The notes beneath the pieces were generated by a model, which had not been told where the DNA came from, did no database searches, and worked only from the letters and a program-made list of their open reading frames with translations. A DNA stretch of 64,000 bases, taken from an uncultured delta proteobacterium. Lineage in GTDB: Bacteria > Desulfobacterota > Binatia > Binatales > Binataceae. Numbering within the stretch: position 1 is the first letter of the stretch; each line of letters starts with the position of its first letter. A program made the position numbers and the translations under genes. Positions 39,789-49,148 of this stretch are shown here, piece after piece. The stretch covers positions 64,001-128,000 of the forward strand of contig CAVXXK010000006.1 of assembly GCA_963765675.1 (NCBI GenBank), read 5' to 3'.

Positions 39789-41689
39789 AAACGCCATCGA
39801 GAAACCATCGCTCCGAGTCAAGATCCCGGAACACGCGGTAAACGCCGCCATCGTCAAGTGCCAGCTCATAGTAATCGCGCAGAAACCCATGCGATCCCTC
39901 TCCCGATTCTGATCCCTCTCCCTGTAAGGGAGAGGCCAGGTGAGGGACCTTATTCAGCGCGGAGCAAAGCGGAGCGCGACTAAAATTCTGATCGGTGTTT
40001 TTTCTGATTCCCTCCCCGATGCGGGGAGGGTGGCGGGCATCGCCCGCCAGGAGAGGTCGTTCTGGACGACTGGTTATGGTGGTCGTATCGGATCGACTTA
40101 ACCCCTGACCCCTCAGAGCAGCACCCTCACCCACGCGCTGCGCGCGTATCCCTCTCCCGGCGGGAGAGGGTTGTTCGGTACGCGCTACGCGCGACTCTGG
40201 GGAAGGGGAACTGTGATTGGACACAATCGGCGGTTCGCCCTCACCCACGCGGCGTACCGCCGCGTTGCCCCCTCCCGGGGGGAGAGGGTATTTCAATGGC
40301 TGCGCGTTACTTGAATTCGTCTTCCACCATTCGCCGTCGCGGCGCCATGGGCCGGCAATCGAGACTACGCGCGCGCCCAGGTTGGGGCCGCGCACGAACT
40401 CGGGCCCTCCGCGCGATTGCATCACCTCGATTTCGAGCGCGGGCCTGAGCGCGCGGATCACAAGCTGCGCGACCGGTTTGCCGCATGCGCCGTTCTCGTC
40501 TGGATGCGGTGGCGGCGGATCGAACGGCTCGATGCGCATGGCCTCCGGACGATACGAATTCTCCGCGCTTAGCGCGCCCACGTTGCCGGGGCCGCATAAT
40601 GCCGCGAGCCGCGCGATCGTGGCCGCGAGCTTATCCGGCGCCGGCGCGGGCGGCAGGAACATGTCGGATTGTGCGGGACGCGGCGCGCGCGGCGTGACTT
40701 CCAGCCGAACGGTCTCGACGGCGGCCTCGGGCGGTGCGGCTTCGAGCGCAAGGTTGATGAGCGTCAGGATCGCACGCACGTCGCAGGTGGGCGCGGTGAT
40801 CGCCACGCGGCGGCTCGCTATTCGATGGTCCTCGAGTCCGAGCACGAGCATCGCATCGCCCGCGGCAAATCCGCGCAGATGAAGGCGCGCGACGATCCGT
40901 TCGAGGACTCCGCGGATCACGAAGCCCAGCGGCTCGAGATTGTCGATCGCGTAGTCGAGTTCGGCGGCCTCGGCAAAAATTTCCGCGCGCCGCCGCGCCA
41001 CGATCGGCCGCGAGCTCCCGCCCCGCGCAAGGCGCACCAGCTCGACGCCGCGGCGTCCGAGCCTGCTGCCAATCGCGTCCGGGTCCAGGCGCGCCAAATC
41101 GCCGAGCCGGCGCATCCCCCAGCGCGAAAACGTGGCCTCGAGCTCCGCGCCGGGATCGAGCATCTCGAGCGGCAGCCAATCGACGAACTCGCGCTCGCGT
41201 CCGGCATCGATCACCCGAACGCCGCCGCATCGCGCCGCCATCGCGGCAATCTCGCGGCTTGCGCCGACTCCGACCGCGGCTTCCATCCCGAGCTTGCGCA
41301 CGCGCCGCTGAAGCTCGATCGCGAGTTCGTCTTCGCTGGTGAAAATCCGCCCCAGGCCCGCGAGGTCGAGCCATACGCATCCGGGATGCGCCCGGCTCGA
41401 CGATCGGCGAGATCGATTCCGCGGCGTCGGCGAGCGCCTGATGCGCTGAATTCTCGGCGGCGGGCGCAGGCGCATTTACGATCAGCCTGGAGCAGATGGC
41501 GCGCGCCTGTGCCAGCGTCATCCCGGCGCGGATTCCCAGCGCGCGCGCGTCAGCGGAGACGGCATCAATCTCGGCGTGAGCGGCGGAGTTTGCGGCGATC
41601 GCGAGAGCGGCGCCTTCGAGAGCGGGATTAGCGCGCACGATCGCGGCGATCGGAAAATCGGGAACCAGGATGCATGCGATACGCGCCAT
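39781..41689 (-). CDS. imuB: ImuB, Y-family polymerase-like protein (apparent +1 frameshift near 41385; ~148-aa insertion)
   Basis: MARIACILVPDFP, ARALGIRAGMTLAQARA, WLDLAGL, RWGMRRLGDLARL, C-terminal GPWR..GEWW...RDYY...WFLDGVYD. Confidence 0.9.
39880..40323 (-). repeat. In-frame family A/A2 composite palindromic insertion in imuB
   Basis: 444 bp between GEWW and RDYY; homologous to the dnaE2 and imuA inserts. Confidence 0.9.
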
Positions 41690-41701
41690 GATACATCCCC
41701 G

Positions 41702-42916
41702 TCATCGCACCGCCGCCGATTCTGATCCCTCGCCCGGCAAGGGAGATGCCACTGGCACGCGGTCAGGTGAGGATCCTTTAGATGTGGAGGGATGCGGAGC
41801 GCGACTAAAATTCTTCTGTCCGGAGCTTTTTCTGATTCCCTCCCCGATGCGGGCAGGGTGGCGGGCATCGCCCGTCGGGAGAGGTCGCTCTGGATGATTA
41901 GACGCGACAGCATGATCAAATTTCAGAGCAGCACCCTCACCCACGCGCTGCGCGCGTTTCCCTCTCCCGGTGGGAGAGGGTATTTCGGTACGCGCTTCGC
42001 GCGGCTCTGGAGAAGGGGAACTATGGGCCAAAGCTATCGGCCATTCGCCCTCACCCACACGGCTTGACGCCGCGTTGCCCTCTCCCAAAGGGAGAGGGGG
42101 ATTACGAGGGAAATTCTGTACGCGCTGCGCGCAATACTGAGGGTCAATCGCCGCGACGATTCGCGTGAGCGCGCCCGAGCCGCCGAGCTTGTTGCGCGTA
42201 ATGACGGGTTCGAGCCGCAGCCCGTCGAAGAGCGTGGGTGCGCCGGGACGGATGCGGCTGAACGACGCGCCGGCGCGATTCATCGTGAGGCTCAGTGCCG
42301 CGAAGGTTCCGCAAATCCTGCGCGGCGCGATCGCGATCACGGCCGCTCCGCTGCGCTCGGCCGCACGCGCGATACGCAGCACGGCGCTGTCGGGGATCGC
42401 GCGAAAAATATCGCCGAAATCGATTACAACCAGGCCGAAGCCTCCCGCCTCGAGCACCATCTCGGCAGCCTTGAGGACTCGTCCCTCGCGCGAAGTGGCA
42501 GGGCGCATGCGGCTAGCCTCCCGCGGAATCGAAGCCCACAGCACGCGCGCGAGTTCGACTCCGGCCGCGGCGATACTGGCGGGATCGAAAGTGCCTGCAG
42601 CGTCGATCCAGGCAATAACCTCGCCGCTCCCGGTTGCATTGGCAGCGAACGCCGTCGCGAGCGAGGTCCTGCCGGTGCCAGCGCGTCCGATAATTTCGCT
42701 GACCCGTCCGCGCGCGATTCCGCCATCGAGCAGGTCATCGAGCGCATCGATACCCGAAGCGAGCCGCCACGCCTTGCGAGTAAGCTCCCGCCCTCGAAAA
42801 ACTCCTGCAAAATCAGCTAGTTGAGACCTGTTTACTGGGACAGGCGAGGGTATATGGAGAGGCGAAATTGCAGGGGATTGGAAAGAAATCCATGGAGCTT
42901 TAATCGCCGCTGCCAT
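41702..42916 (-). CDS. imuA: ImuA, RecA-like protein with a repeat-derived C-terminal extension
   Basis: SGIDALDDLLDGGIARGRVSEIIGRAGTGRTSL, WIDAAGTFDP, AGVELARVLW, GGFGLVVID; first gene of the cassette. Confidence 0.88.
   Translation of the reverse strand: MAAAIKAPWISFQSPAISPLHIPSPVPVNRSQLADFAGVFRGRELTRKAWRLASGIDALDDLLDGGIARGRVSEIIGRAGTGRTSLATAFAANATGSGEVIAWIDAAGTFDPASIAAAGVELARVLWASIPREASRMRPATSREGRVLKAAEMVLEAGGFGLVVIDFGDIFRAIPDSAVLRIARAAERSGAAVIAIAPRRICGTFAALSLTMNRAGASFSRIRPGAPTLFDGLRLEPVITRNKLGGSGALTRIVAAIDPQYCAQRVQNFPRNPPLPLGEGNAASSRVGEGEWPIALAHSSPSPEPREARTEIPSPTGRGKRAQRVGEGAALKFDHAVASNHPERPLPTGDARHPARIGEGIRKSSGQKNFSRAPHPSTSKGSSPDRVPVASPLPGEGSESAAVR
41720..42105 (-). repeat. In-frame family A/A2 composite palindromic sequence forming the imuA C-terminus
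   Basis: Encodes PLPLGEGNA..RVGEGE, HPERPLPTGDARHPARIGEGIRK, SPLPGEGSES, shared with the imuB and dnaE2 inserts. Confidence 0.9.
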
Positions 42917-42922
42917 GGAATG

Positions 42923-42952
42923 ATTTTCGCTTTTCTTTCGCTGCTAAGTCAA
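42923..42952 (-). promoter_or_regulatory. Putative imuA promoter overlapped by a direct-repeat operator
   Basis: Minus strand TTGACT-N18-GAAAAT ending 6 nt before ATG; overlapped by AGCGAAA-N4-AGCGAAA. Confidence 0.5.
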
Positions 42953-43068
42953 ACCGAATATTGCGATGAGCTTTTGCATAGATGAGGCTTGATATTCACG
43001 ATCACTTTTTTTGTCAGTGGATGCCGACGGCTCGTCGGCAACGTGAAACGTCTATAGAGGTAAGGTGC

Positions 43069-43452
43069 CTAGCCCGTGTATGTAGCGAGCCACCAGGTGT
43101 TGCCGTAGGAGTCTTTCACGCCGGCGGCGCGTTCCTGATAGGGCTTGTCCGCGGGCTCCGCGATTGACGATGCGCCGGCTTCGAGCGCGCGGCGATAGGC
43201 AGCGTCCACGTCTTCGACATAGACATAGATCGAGGCGCGTGTGCCGCCGGGATGAGGCGGGTCGCCGGCCTCGATCACGATCATCGAGTCGCCAATTTTG
43301 GCTTCGATATGAAAACCGTTACCCACCGGCAGGCGTTCGAGCTCCTGGGCGCCGAAAGCATGCTTCACCAATTCAGGCACCTTAAGATCGCCGTACAGAT
43401 ACGGACGGACGCTGCCGATTCCGTGGCGGATATGTTTGTGTGCGGCGCTCAT
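43069..43452 (-). CDS. VOC/glyoxalase (PhnB-like) protein
   Basis: VRPYL, AFGAQEL, IGDSMI, YVYVEDVDAAYRRAL, YQERAAGVKDSYGNTWW. Confidence 0.85.
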   Translation of the reverse strand: MSAAHKHIRHGIGSVRPYLYGDLKVPELVKHAFGAQELERLPVGNGFHIEAKIGDSMIVIEAGDPPHPGGTRASIYVYVEDVDAAYRRALEAGASSIAEPADKPYQERAAGVKDSYGNTWWLATYTG

Positions 43453-43569
43453 CGAGATTCCTCCACGCCCGAGTTGATCACAATTGGATGCTTACTACAG
43501 ATCAACCGTTGAGGCGCACGTTGGTTACGCCGTCCGCATCAGATCCATGCGGCGTATGATAATGCGGTT

Positions 43570-44604
43570 TCAGACTTCGCGGTCGATCTGTTCGTCGATA
43601 ATCGCGGCCAGGCTGTCGCGATAGGGCGACGGGCGGAGCTCGCGCAGGATATCGCGCGCGATCTTGACTTCGGCTGCGGCCATCGCGCGCGCCTCGGCGA
43701 TCAAGGCGGGTTCGCGCAGGATCGCGAGTGCGCGCTCGAATGCGGCGCCCGACATCTCGACCCCGTCTTGCAGCATCTGCTTGAGCTCGGGATTGCGCGC
43801 GGCCGCGAGCACCACCGGCAGGGAAGGAATCCCCTCGCGCAGGTCGGAGCCGACCGGTTTACCGATTTTTTCTTCCGGTCCGAGGACGTCGAGCAGGTCG
43901 TCGATCATCTGGAAGGCGAGTCCCATCGCAAGGCCCAGGCGCGCCATCGCGTCGATTCCGGCGGGGCGCATCCCGGCCAGATCGGCGGCGACTTTTCCGC
44001 CCGCGTAGAACAGCGACGCGGTCTTGCGCGCGATCACCTGCCGATAATCGGCGACGCTGGCCGACGCGCTATGCCGCAGGCGCCCCTCCATCACTTCGCC
44101 TTCCGTCAGCTCGATACAGGCCTGCGCGGCGGTGCGGACCAGGTGCTCTTCGAAGCGGCCGCAGATCTCAAAGGCGCGGCAGAACAGGTAGTCGCCGGCG
44201 ATCAGCGTCGGCGCGAAACCATAGCGCGCGAGTGCCGACGGTTTGCCGCGGCGCAGGCGGCCGCCGTCGATAATGTCGTCGTGCAGGAGCGTCGCCGAAT
44301 GAATCAGCTCGAGGGCGATCGCGGCGTCGATTGCGTCTTCGATCTTTTCCTCGGAGCCGCCGCATGCGCGATATACCAGCAGGATGAAAGTAGGGCGCAG
44401 CCGCTTGCCGCCGCCATCGACGAGGTAATGGCAAATCTCCGCGATCAGCGATTCGTTGGAATCGAGCAGGCGGGTGAGCTTGGCCTCGGCGGCAATGAGA
44501 TCAGCTTCGACGATTGATCCAGGACTGACTCCGGCGCGGCGGGCGGAATTGGACGCGGCCGCGTCGCGGCGGCTGGCGAGGTCGATGGCCTTGGCTTTTT
44601 TCAC
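43570..44604 (-). CDS. Polyprenyl diphosphate synthase
   Basis: GGKRLRP, HSATLLHDDIID, KTASLF, FQMIDDLLD, GKPVGSDLREG. Confidence 0.92.
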   Translation of the reverse strand: MKKAKAIDLASRRDAAASNSARRAGVSPGSIVEADLIAAEAKLTRLLDSNESLIAEICHYLVDGGGKRLRPTFILLVYRACGGSEEKIEDAIDAAIALELIHSATLLHDDIIDGGRLRRGKPSALARYGFAPTLIAGDYLFCRAFEICGRFEEHLVRTAAQACIELTEGEVMEGRLRHSASASVADYRQVIARKTASLFYAGGKVAADLAGMRPAGIDAMARLGLAMGLAFQMIDDLLDVLGPEEKIGKPVGSDLREGIPSLPVVLAAARNPELKQMLQDGVEMSGAAFERALAILREPALIAEARAMAAAEVKIARDILRELRPSPYRDSLAAIIDEQIDREV

Positions 44605-44607
44605 GGG

Positions 44608-45384
44608 TTAGCGGAAGAGATCGGCTTCGGCTGGTCGAATGAGTATTTTCGCACTGCCGTCGAAGGGTTGATAGGGGTAACCGCGCACCAGCACGGCCGG
44701 AATCGCTCCAGCCTTTTCCATCAGCAAGCCCGCGGCGCAAGCCAGCTCGTCAGCGATCGCGACGACCGTATGATGCAGCTCGCGGCCGGCGAGGTCGTTA
44801 GTGCCGCGCAGATCGAGCATCGCGTTCATCCCTGCGATTCCGAGGCATATCTCGGTCAGTCCGTCGCGCCACGGACGGCCGAAGGTGTCGGTTACGAGCA
44901 CCGCGAGGTCGACGCCGTAGCGCGCGCGGATACCGGCGCGGATTTTTCGCGCCGAGGCGTCGGGATCGACCGGCAGCAGGATCGCGCTGTCGGTTTCGAG
45001 GCTGTTGGATTCGTCGACGCCCGCGTTCGCGCAGACCCATCCGGGGCCGGTCTCGACGATAATCACGCCGCGATCGTTGCGCACGATCCGGTTCGTCTGG
45101 CGCAGGACCAGCTCGACGGCGCGCGGGTCTTTTTCCCATCTTGCGGCGACGGATTTGGCGAACTCCGAGGGTTCGATGTCGTTCAGATGAACCGTGCGGC
45201 CCTCTGACTTCGAAACGATCTTCTGGCACACGACGATAATGTCGCCGGCGGCGGGCGCCAGTCCGGTATGCTTGAGTCCCTCTCCGATCAGCGCGGCGAG
45301 ATCGTCGCCGGCGTTGATCATCGGGATTCCTTCGATCGCGGTGAGTGTAATCGAACGCATCGGCGAATCCTTCGGCAAAGCCAT
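44608..45384 (-). CDS. cofE: Coenzyme F420-0:L-glutamate ligase
   Basis: QKIVSKSEGR, CANAGVDESN, LPVDPDASA, TDTFGRPWR, ADELA. Confidence 0.93.
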   Translation of the reverse strand: MALPKDSPMRSITLTAIEGIPMINAGDDLAALIGEGLKHTGLAPAAGDIIVVCQKIVSKSEGRTVHLNDIEPSEFAKSVAARWEKDPRAVELVLRQTNRIVRNDRGVIIVETGPGWVCANAGVDESNSLETDSAILLPVDPDASARKIRAGIRARYGVDLAVLVTDTFGRPWRDGLTEICLGIAGMNAMLDLRGTNDLAGRELHHTVVAIADELACAAGLLMEKAGAIPAVLVRGYPYQPFDGSAKILIRPAEADLFR

Positions 45385-45396
45385 CGAATCGATAAC

Positions 45397-46362
45397 CTAC
45401 ACGGGAAGCGCGCGCAGGACTATATCGGCCAGCCGCGCAGCCTTTGCGGGAGTGGTCATTATCGTATCGGTCACGACCGCGCGCATCCCCAGCTTTTCGA
45501 TCTCGGGCGCGAGCGCGCGATCAACGTTATCGATCACGAAAATTCCGGCGATATCCTTATAAAGCCGCGCGACTCCGAGCGCCGAGGCCTCGCTGCCGAG
45601 CCCGCGCAGCATCTTGTCTGCAGGTCCTTTGATCGTTTTGCCGCCGACGATCGGGCTGATCGCGGCGACGCGCGAACGAACGCGCCGCAGCGCTTCGCGC
45701 ACGCCGCGCAGAGCGAAGATTGGGCCGAGCGAGACAAAAGGATTCGACGGCGCCAGGATCACGGCCGCGGATTCACGAATCGCCCGAATCGCGGCTGGCA
45801 GGGGACGCGCGGTGCTCGCGCCGCGCAGCTCGATCTTCTCGACGATTCCGCGCGCGCGTCCGCGCACGAAGTACTGCTGGAACGCGAGCGGCGCGCGTCC
45901 GCGCAGTTTCACGAACGTGCGCACCGGGTCGTCGCTCATCGGCAGAACTTGCGCGCGAACGCCCAGCGCTCGCGCGATTTCCGCCGTCACCTGCGACAGA
46001 CGCGCACCGGCGCGCATCCTGTCGGTGCGGTAGATGTGCGTAGCGAAGTCGCGATCGCCGAGGGTGAACCAATGCGGTCCGTACAGGCGATCGAGTGCCT
46101 CGAGCGTCGTGAAAGATTCATCCTCGCGGCCCCATCCCTGCGCGCGATTGACCACGCCAGCGAGCGTATAGGTCACCGTGTCGATATCGGGCGAGACGTG
46201 GAGGCCATAGAAAAGATCGTCGTCGCCAGTATTGACGACGACGACCAAATTCTCGGGCGCGATCCGTCGTGCCAGACCGCGGATAAACTTAGCAGCACCC
46301 ACTCCCCCCGCAAGCGTGACTATCCGCGAGCGACGGGGAAGGGGAGATCGGGCGCGCGCCAT
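45397..46362 (-). CDS. cofD: 2-phospho-L-lactate transferase
   Basis: LAGGVGAAKF, NTGDD, SPDIDTVTYTLAG, WFTLGDRDFATH, PSNPFVS, KGPADKM. Confidence 0.93.
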   Translation of the reverse strand: MARARSPLPRRSRIVTLAGGVGAAKFIRGLARRIAPENLVVVVNTGDDDLFYGLHVSPDIDTVTYTLAGVVNRAQGWGREDESFTTLEALDRLYGPHWFTLGDRDFATHIYRTDRMRAGARLSQVTAEIARALGVRAQVLPMSDDPVRTFVKLRGRAPLAFQQYFVRGRARGIVEKIELRGASTARPLPAAIRAIRESAAVILAPSNPFVSLGPIFALRGVREALRRVRSRVAAISPIVGGKTIKGPADKMLRGLGSEASALGVARLYKDIAGIFVIDNVDRALAPEIEKLGMRAVVTDTIMTTPAKAARLADIVLRALPV

Positions 46363-47542
46363 TGGGAGCCTTTTTTCCGTAGAGCTTCTTGTAGAGCGTG
46401 TTGCGTTCGACGGCGGTCCGGCCCATCGCGCGCGCTTTTTCTTCGATCAGATCGACCGGCACGAACTCACCCGCCTCGCCTCCGGCCTGCGCCGTGATAC
46501 TTTCCTCCATCAACGTGCCCGAGAAATCGTTGCATCCGGCCTTGAGCGTCAGTGCGGCAAGCTCGACCCCGAGCTTCACCCAGGAGGTCTGCAGATTGTC
46601 GATAGAGCTGCGCAGGAACAGGCGCGAGAACGCGTACATCTGGAAGTCGAGCACGCCGCTCGGAATTTCCTTCACCAGTCCCTTGCGGAACATCACCGTG
46701 TTCTGATGGATAAAGCGCAGCGGCACGAATTCGGTGAAGCCGTGGGTTTGTTTCTGGATCGTGCGCAGCAGATTCAGGTGATTCACGACCTGGCGCGGCG
46801 TCTCGATATGCCCATACATCACGGTCGAGGTAGTGGGCACTCCGGCCGCATGCGCGCTGGTGATAATATCGACCCACGCGGCGACATCGACCTTTTTGTG
46901 CGACAGGATCTCGCGCACCGAGTCGTCGAGGATCTCGGCCGCGGTTCCCGGAATCGAACCCAAACCGTGATCGCGCAGCATCGCGATATAGTCGGGATAT
47001 TCCATCCGCGTGCGCTTGGCGCCGTACATGATCTCCATCGGCGAGAACGCGTGAACGTGAATCGCGGGGAACGCGCCTTTGATCGCGTCGAGCAGGTCGC
47101 GGTACTTGAACGTCGGCATCTCGGGATTTATCCCGCCCTGCATGCAGACTTCGGTGGCGCCGCGCGCGACTGCGTCGGCGACTTTGGCCACGATCGTCGC
47201 GTCGGAATGATCGTAGGCGTCCGACTCCCAGCGCTGGCGCTTGAAGCCGCAGAACTGGCATCCGACGAAGCAGATATTGGTGAAGTTGAGGTTGCGATTT
47301 ACGACGTAGGTGACTTCATCGCCGACGTCTTCCGCCCGCGCGAGGTCCGCGCACTTGACCATCGCGCGCAGATCGTCGCCAACGGCGGTGTAGAGCACGA
47401 GTCCTTCATCCGGCGTGATTTCGATCTTCGCGCGGCTCTTCTCGAGCGCAGCGCGGACCGGCGGAGATGATTTCGCGAGCAGGGCTTCGACCGGAGTCGC
47501 CTCGATTTCATCGACCCAGTTTCGCCATTCGGCAAGATTCAT
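46289..47542 (-). CDS. cofH: FO synthase subunit CofH (radical SAM)
   Basis: TYVVNRNLNFTNICFVGCQFC, PGTAAEILDD, GFTEFVPL, QTSWVKLG, GTLMEESI; ATGA overlap with cofG. Confidence 0.92.
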   Translation of the reverse strand: MNLAEWRNWVDEIEATPVEALLAKSSPPVRAALEKSRAKIEITPDEGLVLYTAVGDDLRAMVKCADLARAEDVGDEVTYVVNRNLNFTNICFVGCQFCGFKRQRWESDAYDHSDATIVAKVADAVARGATEVCMQGGINPEMPTFKYRDLLDAIKGAFPAIHVHAFSPMEIMYGAKRTRMEYPDYIAMLRDHGLGSIPGTAAEILDDSVREILSHKKVDVAAWVDIITSAHAAGVPTTSTVMYGHIETPRQVVNHLNLLRTIQKQTHGFTEFVPLRFIHQNTVMFRKGLVKEIPSGVLDFQMYAFSRLFLRSSIDNLQTSWVKLGVELAALTLKAGCNDFSGTLMEESITAQAGGEAGEFVPVDLIEEKARAMGRTAVERNTLYKKLYGKKAPNGARPISPSPSLADSHACGGSGCC

Positions 47543-48759
47543 GGTGATGCTCTCCGGGTTCGTTCCCAAATCGCGCGCACATTGGTCGCGACCGCCGGGT
47601 CGAGCCATTCGTCATTTATATATTCTTGGTAAACGGCCAGGCGCTCGCCGAGCTCAAACCCCGCGCGTGCGCACCTTTCGCCGAGCCGCTCGATATGCGG
47701 CCACGGCGCCTCGGGATTCACATAATCTTTCGACAGCGGCGAAATTCCACCCCAGTCGTTGATTCCAGCGCGTAAGAAAAGTTCGATTTCGCCGGGCGAC
47801 AGATTCGGCGGCGCCTGCACGTTCATCGCCGGACCGAGCACCAGCCGCGCAGTCGCGATCGCGCGCGCCATCTCGTACGCCTCGGGCTCGGGCGCGTCGG
47901 CCATCGCGATCTCCGGCTTGGCGCGGAAATTCTGGATGATCACTTCCTGAATATGCCCGTGGCGCTCGTGCGAGTCGCGCAGCGCGACGATACTCTGCGC
48001 GCGCTCGGCGACAGTCTCGCCGATTCCGAGCAGGATTCCGCTGGTGAACGGGATTCGCAGCTCTCCGGCCTCGTCGATCATCTTCATCCTGAGCGCAGGA
48101 TCCTTGTCGGGCGCAGCCTGATGCACTCCGCCGCGCGCGCGCAGCCGCGGCGAGATCGATTCGAGCATCAAACCCATCGAGGCGTTGAGCGGCCTAAGCA
48201 TCGCCATCTCATCGCGGGTCATCAGGCCCGCATTGGTATGCGGCAGCAGCCCTTCGGCCAGGGCGATCTCGCACGCGCGGCCGACGTACTCGATCGTCGA
48301 GCGCACGCCGAGCGTGTCGAGCGTCGCGCGATATTCCTTGAACGCGACCTCGGGCTTGTCGCCCAGGCACATCAGCGCTTCCTTGCATCCGAGCTCGTGC
48401 CCGCGGCGCGACCACTCGGCGATCTCGTCGGGCATCATCGTCCATGCGCCGGGGTCGCCGGGATCTTTGCGAAATGTGCAGTAGGTGCACCGGTCGCGGC
48501 ACAGGTTTGTGATCGGCAGAAAAACTTTGCGCGAGTAGGAGATTGCGCGGCCCTTGCCGCGGTCGCGCAGCTCGCCGGCGGCGGCGAGAAGATCGTCAAG
48601 CTCGCGCGCGGGGCAGTCGATCAAAGCGATCGCGTCGGCCTCTGACAGGCGTGCGCCGCCGAGCGCGCGATCCAGCACCGGGCGAATCGATGCGGCCGAG
48701 CGAGCGGAAGATATAGCGGCAAGCTCTGCGAAGGCCATCCTTCGGTCCTTATAAGCCAT
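47539..48759 (-). CDS. cofG: FO synthase subunit CofG (radical SAM)
   Basis: SYSRKVFLPITNLCRDRCTYC, LPHTNAG, SMGLMLE, GHIQEVIIQNF, QAPPNL, DWGGISP, NPEAPWP. Confidence 0.92.
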   Translation of the reverse strand: MAYKDRRMAFAELAAISSARSAASIRPVLDRALGGARLSEADAIALIDCPARELDDLLAAAGELRDRGKGRAISYSRKVFLPITNLCRDRCTYCTFRKDPGDPGAWTMMPDEIAEWSRRGHELGCKEALMCLGDKPEVAFKEYRATLDTLGVRSTIEYVGRACEIALAEGLLPHTNAGLMTRDEMAMLRPLNASMGLMLESISPRLRARGGVHQAAPDKDPALRMKMIDEAGELRIPFTSGILLGIGETVAERAQSIVALRDSHERHGHIQEVIIQNFRAKPEIAMADAPEPEAYEMARAIATARLVLGPAMNVQAPPNLSPGEIELFLRAGINDWGGISPLSKDYVNPEAPWPHIERLGERCARAGFELGERLAVYQEYINDEWLDPAVATNVRAIWERTRRASP

Positions 48760-48872
48760 CGCCCAGATGCAGGCAACCGACAAGTTTCAGTTTGCTACTG
48801 AAGCGGTGTGAGGGCGCCACCGATTTCTGAATTGATAAACCACGCGAGGCTCGCGAGTCTCCCTGGGAGGGC

Positions 48873-49124
48873 TTGCATAACTGCTCGGGAGTGCGTGCCG
48901 GGGCGTGAGGGCGAGATTCCTCGCGATCTCCGCCGCTCCCGGTGATGCGCACGTCCCCTTCTGCATTGCCGAGGCGCGCTCGGAATGACAATTTCTCCTG
49001 GCTTGGTGTCATTCCGAGCGCGATCAGAAAATATATATCGCTTCGTATGCTTCATGCCGCGCGGCAGAGGTCGCGAGGAATCTCGCCCTTACGCACCGGC
49101 GCACGCCCTCGATTGGTTATGCAA
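48873..49124. mobile_element. Family B MITE-like element, 252 bp, ends TTGCATAAC...GTTATGCAA
   Basis: Same length as and colinear with 54662-54913; internal GAGATTCCTCG..GGAATGACA / TGTCATTCC..CGAGGAATCTC inverted pair. Mobility is inferred. Confidence 0.7.
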
Positions 49125-49148
49125 ACGGATGGCCGCCCGGTCCATGCG

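Noticed and set aside
39789-39890. N-terminal extension of the dnaE2 ORF
   Set aside because: Overlaps the conserved imuB C-terminus; ATG 39788 directly precedes the PHP motif.
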